DNA from: a virus
Lineage: Duplodnaviria > Caudoviricetes
Virus record (IMG/VR): IMGVR_UViG_3300042294_003246
DNA length: 64,000 bases
Strand: one strand, 5' to 3'
The first letter of the stretch is position 1, and each line of letters opens with the position of its first letter. The position numbers and the translations under genes are program-made. The notes under the pieces were generated by a model that searched no databases, had not been told where the DNA came from, and saw only the letters and a program-made list of their open reading frames with translations. Positions 29,230 to 39,610 of this stretch are shown here, in pieces.

Positions 29230-29547
29230 ATGTTAAGACATCAAAACCCAATTCAAATTAAAGCGACAACAACAGGATTTGCTTCACCAGCAGAAACCTA
29301 TGTTGATAAAAGGTTAGATCTAAACGACTTAATTGTTAAAGATCATTATACAACATTTTATTTTAAGTATTCAGGACCAAGTGTGTTTGGAATTAACCAA
29401 GGAGATACAATTGTAATTGACCGAACTGAGGATCCAAAAGATGGGGATTTGGTAGTTTTAACAGAAAAAACACACTTCAAACTTAGAGAATACAAAGGAC
29501 AAAAAAACTTATGGGGAAAAGTAACATGGATATTAAAGAAAATGTAA
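29230..29547 (+). CDS. umuD: UmuD-like S24 family protein, divergent
   Basis: TGFASPA..Y...LDLN..IV; GPSV; GDTIVIDR; directly upstream of umuC. Confidence 0.75.
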   Translation: MLRHQNPIQIKATTTGFASPAETYVDKRLDLNDLIVKDHYTTFYFKYSGPSVFGINQGDTIVIDRTEDPKDGDLVVLTEKTHFKLREYKGQKNLWGKVTWILKKM

Positions 29548-30743
29548 GAAAGATTGGAATTATTGACTGTAACAACTTTTATGTTAGTTGTGAACGGTTA
29601 TTTAACCCTGAGTCAATTGGAAGACCTACCGTTGTATTATCAAACAACGACGGATGTGTGATTGCCAGATCTCAAGAAGCAAAAGATCTTGGAATTAAAA
29701 TGGGTGAACCATTTTTCAAGAGCCGTGAGTTCATGGACCAACATAGATTTTGCGTCTATTCATCAAATTATAACTTGTATGGTGATATCTCAGATCGGGT
29801 TATGAAAGTGATTGGTGAGTTTGGAAATGACATTGAAGTGTATTCTATTGATGAAGCTTTTGTTGATTTTTCAAACATTCCTCTTGAAGATCTAACAGAA
29901 ACATTATTGGGAATCAAAGAAGAAGTAAGAAAGAAAGTTGGAATCCCTGTATCTATCGGTGTTGGTCCGAACAAAACCTTAGCTAAACTAACATCTTATT
30001 TAGCTAAACAACAGCTAAACTATAATGGTGTGTGTTCATACTGGGACTTACCAAACTTTAGAAATATTTGTTATGGAATTGATGTAGATGAAGTTTGGGG
30101 TATTGGTAGAAAATGGGCAAAAAAATTAAAAAACATCGGTGTTGAATCGGTAGGTCAGTTTATTAACACAAACGAATATACTGTTAGAAAGTTGATGAAT
30201 ATCAATGGTGTAAAAACACAATTGGAGTTAACAGAGATGTATTGTTTTCCAATTCAAAAAAAATCCAAACCAAAGAAGAATATCGCTTCCACTCGTTCAT
30301 TTGGAAAAGATGTACAGGACTTTGATCAATTGGGTGAAGCGATGTATACCTACATTAAAAACGGTGTAAAAAAACTAAGTCAAAACAAATTGTTTGCAAA
30401 TAAGGCAACCATATTTGTTTCAGGAAACTATCATAAAGGAGATAAGTATCACCATTCTAAAACAATCAAACTACAAACCCCAACAAGAGATCCCGATCTT
30501 ATTTGGTCTCAGATTCATGAACAATACAAAGTTCTTTGTAATAAATCTGAAAAATATAAAAAGTGTGGAATTGTTTTTAATGAACTAACTCCCGACACAA
30601 TTATTCAAACCTCTTTATTCAATGATGAGGTCCAAGTTGTTGAAGCACCACAGAATGAAACTCATGAGTGGGAAATGAGACAAGACTATATTACTCAAAA
30701 ATATACTACATCTTGGGATGAACTCCCTTATGTTTTTGTGTAG
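29526..30743 (+). CDS. umuC: Y-family DNA polymerase (Pol V catalytic subunit)
   Basis: IDCNNFYVSCER, VVLSNNDGC, YSIDEAF, GIPVSIG..KTLAK, VWGIG; C-terminal WEMRQ...YTTSW; start 29511 or 29526. Confidence 0.93.
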   Translation: MDIKENVRKIGIIDCNNFYVSCERLFNPESIGRPTVVLSNNDGCVIARSQEAKDLGIKMGEPFFKSREFMDQHRFCVYSSNYNLYGDISDRVMKVIGEFGNDIEVYSIDEAFVDFSNIPLEDLTETLLGIKEEVRKKVGIPVSIGVGPNKTLAKLTSYLAKQQLNYNGVCSYWDLPNFRNICYGIDVDEVWGIGRKWAKKLKNIGVESVGQFINTNEYTVRKLMNINGVKTQLELTEMYCFPIQKKSKPKKNIASTRSFGKDVQDFDQLGEAMYTYIKNGVKKLSQNKLFANKATIFVSGNYHKGDKYHHSKTIKLQTPTRDPDLIWSQIHEQYKVLCNKSEKYKKCGIVFNELTPDTIIQTSLFNDEVQVVEAPQNETHEWEMRQDYITQKYTTSWDELPYVFV

Positions 30744-30906
30744 AAAAGTATTTGAATGTAATTGTAAAACTTATTCGAAAAATCTTGAAGGAAAATGAAC
30801 CTAGATTACCCAAAAAATTATGAACCAAAAATCAAAATAAAAGTTGAGAGTAAAAAAACTTATAACAAAGGGAAAAAACTAGCTTATTAAATTACTAATT
30901 AAATAG

Positions 30907-31191
30907 TTACATATTTTTTAAAACCATCTCCAAAGTATATATAGACTCTTTATCTTTTTTAGTTTGGATCTTTTTAGATTTCAAATAAGATAGCGAATCC
31001 ATAATTTCTTGTTTTTTAGAAGTTGTAGGCTTTACCTCTTTGACGGAAGTTGTGTTTGAGTTCAAAACTTTTTTAACACTCGGAGTTTGTGAAGGTAAAT
31101 TTGTATTATATAACAAATTATAAATCTTCGCCGCAGTCGTAGTGTCCTTAGCAAATAAATAAATGAGAAAAAATTTAAATATCTTATACAT
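30907..31191 (-). CDS. hypothetical basic protein
   Basis: Track ORF; internal ATG 31191 avoids overlap with the neighbour. Confidence 0.5.
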   Translation of the reverse strand: MYKIFKFFLIYLFAKDTTTAAKIYNLLYNTNLPSQTPSVKKVLNSNTTSVKEVKPTTSKKQEIMDSLSYLKSKKIQTKKDKESIYTLEMVLKNM

Positions 31192-31201
31192 CCAAACAAA
31201 T

Positions 31202-31414
31202 TTAAAATAAACCAATTTCTTCAGCTTCCTCAACAGTTAGATTATCCAAACCGATTTTTAACATAGAGAAAAACTCCAAAACGGAAATATCAACACTTTT
31301 TTCTTCTTCAACTATTTCAACATAATCAGGTTCTTCATCAAACTCAAACATGCTATCTTCAAAACGTGAGTCAATAAACTCATAAATGCGGTCGGTAATT
31401 TTGTTCATCTTCAT
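31202..31414 (-). CDS. small acidic hypothetical protein
   Basis: TATCTTTG (31426-31419) 4 nt before ATG 31414. Confidence 0.6.
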   Translation of the reverse strand: MKMNKITDRIYEFIDSRFEDSMFEFDEEPDYVEIVEEEKSVDISVLEFFSMLKIGLDNLTVEEAEEIGLF

Positions 31415-31487
31415 ACAACAAAGATACAATTTTAAATGAAATAAATTACTTTTTTCATAAATAAATTTTCTAAAGTATTTATATGAT

Positions 31488-34325
31488 ATGAGAGATTTAA
31501 TAATTCAAGTAATAACTGAAGAATCTAAAAAACTACTTAAAGAAAGTGGTATCAGAGATATTAAAAAACTTTCCAAAAGATATCAAATGGCCAAAATCTA
31601 TTTTCATCAAGATTTAGATGGAGTTACCACGGCATTGGCAATGAAAAACTATTTGGAAAACAACGGAATCAAAGTTGTTGATGCCGAAATTATTCAATAT
31701 GGATCAAAAGAGTTTGCAATTCATAAACCTGAAGGTGAAGGTGATATAATGCCAGTCTTAGTGGATTTTGCTCACGGTAAACCGATGTTTGTAATTCACA
31801 CAGATCACCACGACACTCAAGCTGGTGTAGAACAGGGAACATCAACAAACTTCAAACCATCAAGATCGAATGTTGAAACAATTTCACAATCAATTTCACC
31901 AAGAGATATTTTTAGTCAAGACGATATCGAAACAATTTCTATGATTGACTCAGCAGATTTTGCAAAACATGATATTACTCCACAACAAGTTTTGAAATAT
32001 CTATTCCAAGTGGATAAAACAAAAGGAGTTAAAGAAAATAAAAAAATGATGGGACTTGTTGCTAACAAGTTATTATTAGCGTTTAAAAACAAACCTGGGT
32101 TTTTGAAAAAGTTAGTTATGGATGCAAAACCATCACTTCAGAGTATTTTATTAAATATAAAAGATATAATGGAAAAAGAAGGTTATGCGTCAATAGACCA
32201 ATTGATAAAAAACCAAGAGTCCTATATTGAATCAAGAAAAGAAAAAGGTGTTACTTATGAAGATGGTATTATTTCACAATATACATTAGGACCAACGCAA
32301 AAATCAGGTGGATATGATCGTTACACACCATTCATCAATCATCCTGACGCTGAGTTCTTAGTGACAGGACTTCCAATGGGAATGGTTCAAGCATCTTGTA
32401 ATCCATATAAAAAAGAAAGAGCGTTAAAGGGTGTTGATTTAGGTGAAATAAAAAATGAGGTATTAGAAAAGTTTAGACCTGAATTAGAAAAACAAAGAAT
32501 TTCATTTGGAACACTTAAAAGAATATCAGAAATGGACTCTGATAAAACTTCAGTTGGATTTACATTTAAAGACTTTTTAGCAATATATGGAAATTCACCA
32601 TCTTTGAAGATTTATGGGACAGAAAAACTTGAAAAATATCTTGATTACATGTCAAAAAAACTTTTCAAATCAATACCTGCGGAAGATAGAAAAGTATTTA
32701 ACAAGGCTTCTGTAAATGGTTATGATGTTATTATGGCTAATTCAGGAGGACATAAATGTATTACAAATATTTCTGGTATTAACTATCTATACTCTAATTC
32801 TAAGTTCCAAGAACCTGAACAAAGAGTTAGAGAATCTTATGTTGATTTGTTAAAAGACATTCAGGCTGAGTTTGTAAAAACTTTAAAAGAAAAAATAAAG
32901 TCTTCCACCAAAATACAAGAAAAATACATTACTAAAAAAAAAATATTAAGTAGCCCAACATCAATTCTTCTGAACCCAAAAAACCTAATAAAAGAACAAA
33001 AAATTAGTTTACCATTAATAATTAAAGATGGATATTCAGCACCCAAAGGGGATGCTGATGCTCTTCACTCATTTGAAAGAAGAAAAAAAGATGGTTTTGG
33101 GGGTAAAATGACAACAAAAATTGGAGAAAAGTTAAAAGAAATTTACAACGCAGGAATCAATCCCGACGTTGTGAATATAAACATAACAGTAGACTCTAAA
33201 AATTATACGGTTCAGTGGGAAGCAACTTTGGATGAAAGTCAAGATGGAAATGCTTACATGGGAGTTTCAACAAGAGGATCTGCAGGTGGTGGGGCCGATA
33301 TTAGAGCGTTGGGTCAAGTAGGACCATTAAAAAAAGAATTAGAAAAAATGGGAGCAAGAAACATTACACAAGTTTTAGACTTTAATAATAAGTCAGGAGT
33401 AAAAATCAGACAATATTTCTTTAAATACACTTTACCTGAAAAATATCCACCACATGAAACATCAGAAGGTTTATATTCTAAAACGACAGAACCGTCAGTT
33501 ATTAACTTATCCGACGACAAATCTTTAGAAACAAATCAAGGACAACTTGTTGGTGATATTTTAAATTTTGGATCGTTGAAGTCTAATCTTAGTCAAATAC
33601 TTAAAAACAAGATTGGTTCGTTGTTTGGATCCAAAGAAACATCAGATGAGGACGATACTAAATCAACACAGACATCAACCGCGACGGTTTCTCAAACATC
33701 AGGAAGTGATTCAGATTTTATGGAAATCACAAAAAAAGTGATTGCCAATTTTGAGGGCGGATATTGGAACGGATCAACGTCAAAAAATGAGAGCACAAGT
33801 AAATTAGGAATTTGTAAAAATCACCCGAAGGGAAGTATGGGTTCATCAACAGAAACTATGTTCGGGTTAGATAGATATAACGGTAACATAGAAAGCACCC
33901 CTGAGGGTAAACAATTTTTTGAAATTATAGACAACCAAAAAGAAGAATTGGGAATGGACGCTTTTTGTAAAAAATGGAAATGGTTATATCGAGGTGGTGA
34001 AAACGAAGAGGAATTAAAAGAATTGGCCGCTAAAATAATGAAAAGATCATTTGATAGAAATATGTCAAATTTTGTTAAAGACCAAGAAGTCAAAGACAAA
34101 ATTATGAAAAACAAAGGGCTTTTGGTTCATATGACTTATGCGTGTTGGAATGGACCTGGTTTCTTCAAAAAGTTTGCAAATGAATTAACCGATGCCGTAA
34201 AACAAGGGAAATCTGACTCAGAGTTGATAGATGTTGCGATTAATTCAAGGGCAAACACAAAATTGTTAAATAAAGATAAAGTGGCGGCGGCAATTAAAAA
34301 TCCCGACGGAATGAAGACCGCTTAA
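31488..34325 (+). CDS. 945-aa multidomain protein: leader + DHH phosphoesterase + unknown + putative muramidase
   Basis: MRDLIIQVITEESKKLLKES; YFHQDLDG, DFAHG, TDHH; late FEGGY...ETMFGLDR (GH108-like); TATTTATA at 31476-83. Confidence 0.75.
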   Translation: MRDLIIQVITEESKKLLKESGIRDIKKLSKRYQMAKIYFHQDLDGVTTALAMKNYLENNGIKVVDAEIIQYGSKEFAIHKPEGEGDIMPVLVDFAHGKPMFVIHTDHHDTQAGVEQGTSTNFKPSRSNVETISQSISPRDIFSQDDIETISMIDSADFAKHDITPQQVLKYLFQVDKTKGVKENKKMMGLVANKLLLAFKNKPGFLKKLVMDAKPSLQSILLNIKDIMEKEGYASIDQLIKNQESYIESRKEKGVTYEDGIISQYTLGPTQKSGGYDRYTPFINHPDAEFLVTGLPMGMVQASCNPYKKERALKGVDLGEIKNEVLEKFRPELEKQRISFGTLKRISEMDSDKTSVGFTFKDFLAIYGNSPSLKIYGTEKLEKYLDYMSKKLFKSIPAEDRKVFNKASVNGYDVIMANSGGHKCITNISGINYLYSNSKFQEPEQRVRESYVDLLKDIQAEFVKTLKEKIKSSTKIQEKYITKKKILSSPTSILLNPKNLIKEQKISLPLIIKDGYSAPKGDADALHSFERRKKDGFGGKMTTKIGEKLKEIYNAGINPDVVNINITVDSKNYTVQWEATLDESQDGNAYMGVSTRGSAGGGADIRALGQVGPLKKELEKMGARNITQVLDFNNKSGVKIRQYFFKYTLPEKYPPHETSEGLYSKTTEPSVINLSDDKSLETNQGQLVGDILNFGSLKSNLSQILKNKIGSLFGSKETSDEDDTKSTQTSTATVSQTSGSDSDFMEITKKVIANFEGGYWNGSTSKNESTSKLGICKNHPKGSMGSSTETMFGLDRYNGNIESTPEGKQFFEIIDNQKEELGMDAFCKKWKWLYRGGENEEELKELAAKIMKRSFDRNMSNFVKDQEVKDKIMKNKGLLVHMTYACWNGPGFFKKFANELTDAVKQGKSDSELIDVAINSRANTKLLNKDKVAAAIKNPDGMKTA

Positions 34326-34339
34326 TTGAATTACAAACA

Positions 34340-34759
34340 ATGAAACAAAAAATTAGAAAAATATTAAAAGAAGAAGACGGGGGACTCAAAGAAAGATTTC
34401 TCAGAAATATGAAATCACTTGAGTATATTATTCAAAGTAATGTGAATAATGATATTGAAGAAATTGAATTTGTTGATGTTGATTTTTACGAAAGATATAA
34501 AGATATCACTGCAACAATTAAAGTCAAATCTTATTGTGAGGATCCTGACATTTATGAATTATCTACCCAAATGAAAAAAGTTGAAGATCAAATTTACCAA
34601 ATTATCGGAAAATACGAATTTTCAAAAAACGGTAAATTGAATAAAGTTGATGGTGATAGTTATCTCATGTTTTTTGCTATTAAAGTAAATTGGGAAAGTA
34701 ATAATGGTGAATTATATATTGAATTTTATTTACACCAAGATGATTATAGAACTGAATAA
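34340..34759 (+). CDS. ILKE-leader family protein
   Basis: MKQKIRKILKEE. Confidence 0.72.
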   Translation: MKQKIRKILKEEDGGLKERFLRNMKSLEYIIQSNVNNDIEEIEFVDVDFYERYKDITATIKVKSYCEDPDIYELSTQMKKVEDQIYQIIGKYEFSKNGKLNKVDGDSYLMFFAIKVNWESNNGELYIEFYLHQDDYRTE

Positions 34760-35223
34760 TGAGAAATTTAATTAAACAAATATTAAAAGAAGAAACAAGT
34801 CCTGACGATATTCGTAAAGGAATTGACATTACCGTTATAATGTTAAAAAAACAATATCCTTTTGTTGTGGGTTGGGAATATTCTGATTCACCCGATAAAT
34901 GGACTTATAAAATATATATCGACCTTGAAATTGATCACTCGAAAATGATGGAGTTTTATGGTTTGAAACCACACCCAAAATGGTATAATTTTTTGAAAAA
35001 GGATATCGAAACACGAGAAAAATACCCATATCCGTATTCTCAAACAAATTATGAGGAAGATGAAAACTTTGATACCGATGAATATAGAATATTACAAAAT
35101 GACTTAGAGAGTTTTTATGAGGAAATGATACCAAACAAACTCAAAATGAAACGATCACGGGCTGTTTTTAATCAAAATGAACCTAAAGATTTGGGTGTTG
35201 ATAATTACATTTTTGTTAAATGA
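34759..35223 (+). CDS. ILKE-leader family protein
   Basis: MRNLIKQILKEE. Confidence 0.72.
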   Translation: MRNLIKQILKEETSPDDIRKGIDITVIMLKKQYPFVVGWEYSDSPDKWTYKIYIDLEIDHSKMMEFYGLKPHPKWYNFLKKDIETREKYPYPYSQTNYEEDENFDTDEYRILQNDLESFYEEMIPNKLKMKRSRAVFNQNEPKDLGVDNYIFVK

Positions 35224-36089
35224 GAGAGTTAATTAGATATATCTTAAAAGAGTCTTCAGCACTTTCAAACATACTTGATGTAATTAAAGATGAGGGTATA
35301 TTTGTTGCTGCTGAAATGGTTGGTGGAATAAATAATCTTAAAAGAATGATGAAACCATTTCCTGATCTTACGGACATGATAGATTCACTCAAAGGAAAGT
35401 TGGATCTTTTAGGACATTTCAAAAATGATATAATTGAATTCCCATTTGAATTTGAAGTTGTTGGTATTGCTAAAAATATACATGAAACGAACTCTTGGCC
35501 AATACTTAATTTGATTTATGATGATTCTAACTTAAATGAAAGTGATAAAAAATTGTTGGAGCAATTTATTTACTCCTCAATTGCTGATTTAAACATAGGT
35601 AAACTTGATATAAAACCTGAAGTAAGAGACATGTACAAAGATGGGTATTATGTTTCTATTGACTTTGTAAATGGAAAAGACTGGGAAAGTTTGGACCACG
35701 ACATTAGGTATAATTACAATGATATTAAAAACTTACATCGTGAGTATTACAATAAAATTAATATGAACGAATCGAAGACACTTCAAGAAAACGAAGAAGA
35801 CCCAACTCAAAAGATATTAAACTTTCTTTTAAGAAGATATAAAGTGGAGGAAAGAAATTTTGGTGATGAAGAAAAACCAATAATATTTAAGACAATATTT
35901 TTTGATGTTAACGGAGAAACATATACCATATCAACATTTCAAAACAAACAAGAACAAAGAATGACAATTATTAAAATGTTGATAGAACATGATGTAATTG
36001 AACCCTTCAATTTTTATGAAAGACACCTTGACTCTTACGCTCAAAATGTGGTAAGAGCTGTTAAAACATTCTTAAACCAAGTAATGTAA
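35220..36089 (+). CDS. ILKE-leader family protein, two modules
   Basis: MRELIRYILKES; internal MNESKTLQENE. Confidence 0.72.
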   Translation: MRELIRYILKESSALSNILDVIKDEGIFVAAEMVGGINNLKRMMKPFPDLTDMIDSLKGKLDLLGHFKNDIIEFPFEFEVVGIAKNIHETNSWPILNLIYDDSNLNESDKKLLEQFIYSSIADLNIGKLDIKPEVRDMYKDGYYVSIDFVNGKDWESLDHDIRYNYNDIKNLHREYYNKINMNESKTLQENEEDPTQKILNFLLRRYKVEERNFGDEEKPIIFKTIFFDVNGETYTISTFQNKQEQRMTIIKMLIEHDVIEPFNFYERHLDSYAQNVVRAVKTFLNQVM

Positions 36090-36091
36090 TT

Positions 36092-37120
36092 GTGAATCAA
36101 CTTAGACAACATATTAAAAATGTTCTTGTTGAGGAAAACCAAAACAATAAAGTTAATTTGGTTAAACAAATGATATATGATTTGTTTGATGAGGTTTCTT
36201 TTATTGAGCAATCCACATATGATGATAAACCACTCCTTAAAATTTACTTTGACTCCGACGATCCTGCCGCAAACATCACATCTTGGTTTGCGGAACACAT
36301 ATCAGACGAAATCATGCAAATTACAGGTGGTCATGTTGTTGTTTGTCCTTATTGGGCTTTTCATTGGGATTTTAGACATAAAATTGTTGATGTTTACATT
36401 GACACTGAAAAGTTGAAATATGATAATTTGGGAAATGTTATTAACGAATCTGAAAAAAAGAAAAAATTAGAAAAACCAATTAAATACTTCTACAAAAACT
36501 TTTTACATGAACAACCAGTTGAATATAAAGGAATAATTTTACAACCAAATTATCACGAAGAATATGATGTTATTACTTGGATTATTGAAAACCCTGAGGA
36601 TTATTCTTTCAATGGGGAATTGATTAAAGAAGTGGCGGTTGATGAGTTTAGAGATTTTTGTTCTTTTGTTAATTTAGATTTTTATGGGTTATACAAACAA
36701 ATGAATGTTATAGAAAACATGCCAAACGGTCGGTATTACTTAAACAAAAATGATGAAAACTTTATTGAAACAACATTAAAAAATAAAAAGTATTTAGAAT
36801 TCGACGCCTATAAATCTCAGTATATGTTAAACTTTGAATTTGTAAGATATCAAATTCACATAAACAGTGATACTATTGAAATTACCACAAGGGGATATTT
36901 TGAGGGTGTTAAAATAACTGAAGACGGTAAAGAAGAACAAGTTGACGATAATTTCATTGAAGAAATGACTGACTTTGAGTTCGATGATTTCAGGGAGTAT
37001 TTTTCATTCAATGATTTTTATGGTGAAGTATTAAATCGTTTACGAACAAACCCGAGATTTTATGATCCTCGTATAGATATGTTTGATGTAGAAATAGTGC
37101 CATTAAGAAGTAGGGACTAA
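36092..37120 (+). CDS. leader family protein, two modules
   Basis: GTG start; NQLRQHIKNVLVEE; internal VINES. Confidence 0.7.
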   Translation: MNQLRQHIKNVLVEENQNNKVNLVKQMIYDLFDEVSFIEQSTYDDKPLLKIYFDSDDPAANITSWFAEHISDEIMQITGGHVVVCPYWAFHWDFRHKIVDVYIDTEKLKYDNLGNVINESEKKKKLEKPIKYFYKNFLHEQPVEYKGIILQPNYHEEYDVITWIIENPEDYSFNGELIKEVAVDEFRDFCSFVNLDFYGLYKQMNVIENMPNGRYYLNKNDENFIETTLKNKKYLEFDAYKSQYMLNFEFVRYQIHINSDTIEITTRGYFEGVKITEDGKEEQVDDNFIEEMTDFEFDDFREYFSFNDFYGEVLNRLRTNPRFYDPRIDMFDVEIVPLRSRD

Positions 37121-37147
37121 TTGGTTTTTTTTAATATTTATTAAGTA

Positions 37148-38392
37148 ATGGATCTAAAACAACATATCAAAAATATACTCAAAGAAGAAACTAATGAAAG
37201 TTTATTAGATGATCTTGGTAATTTTTTCAGGTTTAAAAAAAGGGTAGAAGTTGATCCTAGTACAATACAATCAGAAAAAGAAAAATTCACATGCGAAGAT
37301 TGCGGAGATCCCAATTATCAAATGTACATGGTCGACGATGATATTTGGCGTGAATTCGGAAACAATACCAATACACTTTGTATGTCTTGTTTAGAAAAAC
37401 GAATGGGAAGAAAATTAACCAAACACGATTTTTCTCAACACCGTAGTGCTCCTGTAAATAAACATAATTTAGAAGTTCAGGATATTCTAACAGAATCAGT
37501 GAAAGAACATGTAAGTGATCTTAAAAAACCTTTCATGAAATATGAAAAACTAATTAACAAGTTAGTTTATGATGTATTTGATGAAGGTATTTGTGGGTTA
37601 AGTTGGGATGTAATCAAACTACATCATAGAGAAGGAATTTCAATAAGGATCATTTTATATTTTACTTATGATAGTTTGAAAGATTTTGGTTATGAAAGAT
37701 ACGGACAATCTAAACAAGAACTTAAAGGATTAATTGAAGATTATTTACCAAAGTTTGACGGGATATATATTGCTTACGACACAACAAAATGTGATGATAC
37801 TCATAAAGAAGAAGAAACCGAAGGTGTTGGTGGTTATGCCGCACCTGCATTTGAAATGAAACCAGATCATGTTCATTTCAAACACCAATATAATGAAGAA
37901 ACAGAACTTACAGAGAAATGTTGGAAAGGATATACTCAAAAAGGTATGAAGACAATGTTTGGTAAGAGATATCCTAATTGTGTTAAAAAGAAAAATAAAT
38001 CATTAAAAGAATATTGGACTCCAAAAGAAGAAGACTATTCCAATATAGAAAGTGCGATCAACAAAATTATACCAAAGAGTTTTTCTTGGTTTAAAGAAAT
38101 AGAAATAGATAATATTAGTTATTCTGAATTTTCCAACACATTAACAATTTACGGAGAATTAAAAGTAGATGAAAAGTGGGGAGCAAAACAATGGAGAGAA
38201 TATTATGAATATAAACCTTTCCCTTCAAATAGTGGATGGGAAGAAGAAGATCCCGTTAGATTAGGTGATATTATAGGAAAAGGAGAACTTGATGATTTAA
38301 ACGACGAATTAGAACTTATAGTATCATCAGTTGGTGGTTACTCAATTATAGATACCATGAGATTAGGACAACTAAAATTATATTTTGTATGA
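37148..38392 (+). CDS. ILKE-leader mosaic protein
   Basis: MDLKQHIKNILKEETNES; CEDC..CMSC; ILTES; LTEKCWKGY..PNCVK; SLKEYW; TATTTATT at 37135-42. Confidence 0.75.
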   Translation: MDLKQHIKNILKEETNESLLDDLGNFFRFKKRVEVDPSTIQSEKEKFTCEDCGDPNYQMYMVDDDIWREFGNNTNTLCMSCLEKRMGRKLTKHDFSQHRSAPVNKHNLEVQDILTESVKEHVSDLKKPFMKYEKLINKLVYDVFDEGICGLSWDVIKLHHREGISIRIILYFTYDSLKDFGYERYGQSKQELKGLIEDYLPKFDGIYIAYDTTKCDDTHKEEETEGVGGYAAPAFEMKPDHVHFKHQYNEETELTEKCWKGYTQKGMKTMFGKRYPNCVKKKNKSLKEYWTPKEEDYSNIESAINKIIPKSFSWFKEIEIDNISYSEFSNTLTIYGELKVDEKWGAKQWREYYEYKPFPSNSGWEEEDPVRLGDIIGKGELDDLNDELELIVSSVGGYSIIDTMRLGQLKLYFV

Positions 38393-38410
38393 TAAAGATA
38401 AAAGAACAAA

Positions 38411-38457
38411 TAATTTGATCCTCCACTTGTAAAAATGGGGGATTTTTTTTATCTTAG
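38411..38457 (+). terminator. terminator-promoter unit, copy 1 (diverged)
   Basis: ATCCTCCAC-TTGTAAAA-ATGGGGGAT plus T-run, then TATCTTAG 20 nt after CTTG. Confidence 0.75.
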
Positions 38458-38462
38458 CGTTA

Positions 38463-38714
38463 GTGAAAGATTTATCCAAATATATAGAGTCGTTGCTCGA
38501 TGATCATATGCCCGACAAAAAAGTTGAGGTTAAAAAATATAACGATAAGTATTCAATTAAAATCACCATAACTAAGGAGAATTTTAATCCTGAAACACAA
38601 GATTCTTACCAATATATTATGTCGTTTACCACCGACTATACAATAAATGACATTATGAAAACTTTTTTACCTGATAACCAAGTTATGTTTTACACAACTT
38701 ATATTTTTGTTTAA
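38463..38714 (+). CDS. hypothetical protein (paralog of next)
   Basis: GTG start; KDLSKYIESLLDD. Confidence 0.65.
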   Translation: MKDLSKYIESLLDDHMPDKKVEVKKYNDKYSIKITITKENFNPETQDSYQYIMSFTTDYTINDIMKTFLPDNQVMFYTTYIFV

Positions 38715-39017
38715 ATGAAAGACTTAACCGAATACATAGAATCTTTGTTTGATGACATTAATTTGCCATTAAAAATTTCTTTACAGGAAGATGGATCATA
38801 TTTTATTTCTATAACAAAAGATTTAAAAGGTAGTCATGTATTCTATAGTATGGCTATTGAAAACGCAGAACCAAACATTAGATACATAAGAAATCAAATA
38901 AAAAGATACTTACCAAATCTTAAAGTCAAATTGTTGGTGGAATATATTAATTACCCGAACATTAATTTAAAACCAATGCTTAAAGAATATAAATACGGAG
39001 CATGGAAAATAAATTAG
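38715..39017 (+). CDS. hypothetical protein
   Basis: MKDLTEYIESLFDD. Confidence 0.65.
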   Translation: MKDLTEYIESLFDDINLPLKISLQEDGSYFISITKDLKGSHVFYSMAIENAEPNIRYIRNQIKRYLPNLKVKLLVEYINYPNINLKPMLKEYKYGAWKIN

Positions 39018-39259
39018 ATAAACTTATATTGGACTATTTCAAACTGATCATACCACATGATTATGATGATTTAAAATTCAGATATAGTGCAAACAAAAAA
39101 ATATTTTTCATTACTGTGCATTGTGATACGGCCCAAAAGGCACATAAGTTCTTCGGGAGAAAAGGAAGGGATTTAAATATACTAAAACAATTAGAGGAAG
39201 ATATGTCAAATATGTTCCCATTTGATTTTTATATCACTTGCGAATTTAAAGTTTCTTAG
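39002..39259 (+). CDS. small protein, possible KH-like fold
   Basis: FFGRKGRDLNILKQL resembles a KH GxxG loop. Confidence 0.4.
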   Translation: MENKLDKLILDYFKLIIPHDYDDLKFRYSANKKIFFITVHCDTAQKAHKFFGRKGRDLNILKQLEEDMSNMFPFDFYITCEFKVS

Positions 39260-39272
39260 ATATTTATTAGAT

Positions 39273-39548
39273 ATGAACCTACAAGAACAAATATCAAGAA
39301 TACAAGAAATGATGGGGGTTATTAATGAACAAACCACAGGTGACACAAACACCATCATTAAAAATATAATCAATAAACCAGTAACATTGATGGGTGTTGA
39401 GCCCATAAAAACTGAAGTTCATAAAGTGGATATATTAAACGATGGGTCTTTAGATATACATTTCAAAAATGGTCAAAACATGAATATATCACAAGAAAGG
39501 TTCAGATCAATTAATTTAAAAATTCCACTTAAATTTCATTTAAAATAA
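39273..39548 (+). CDS. leader family protein
   Basis: MNLQEQISRIQEMMGVINEQ; TATTTATT at 39261-68. Confidence 0.7.
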   Translation: MNLQEQISRIQEMMGVINEQTTGDTNTIIKNIINKPVTLMGVEPIKTEVHKVDILNDGSLDIHFKNGQNMNISQERFRSINLKIPLKFHLK

Positions 39549-39592
39549 TTTAATCCTCCGTTTGTTTTAATGGGGGATTTTTTATATATTTG
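39546..39592 (+). terminator. terminator-promoter unit, copy 2
   Basis: AATCCTCC...GGGGGATT hairpin plus T-run; TTTG 39561-64, 20 nt, TATATTTG 39585-92. Confidence 0.85.
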
Positions 39593-39610
39593 TGTTAAAT
39601 AGATAAACAA

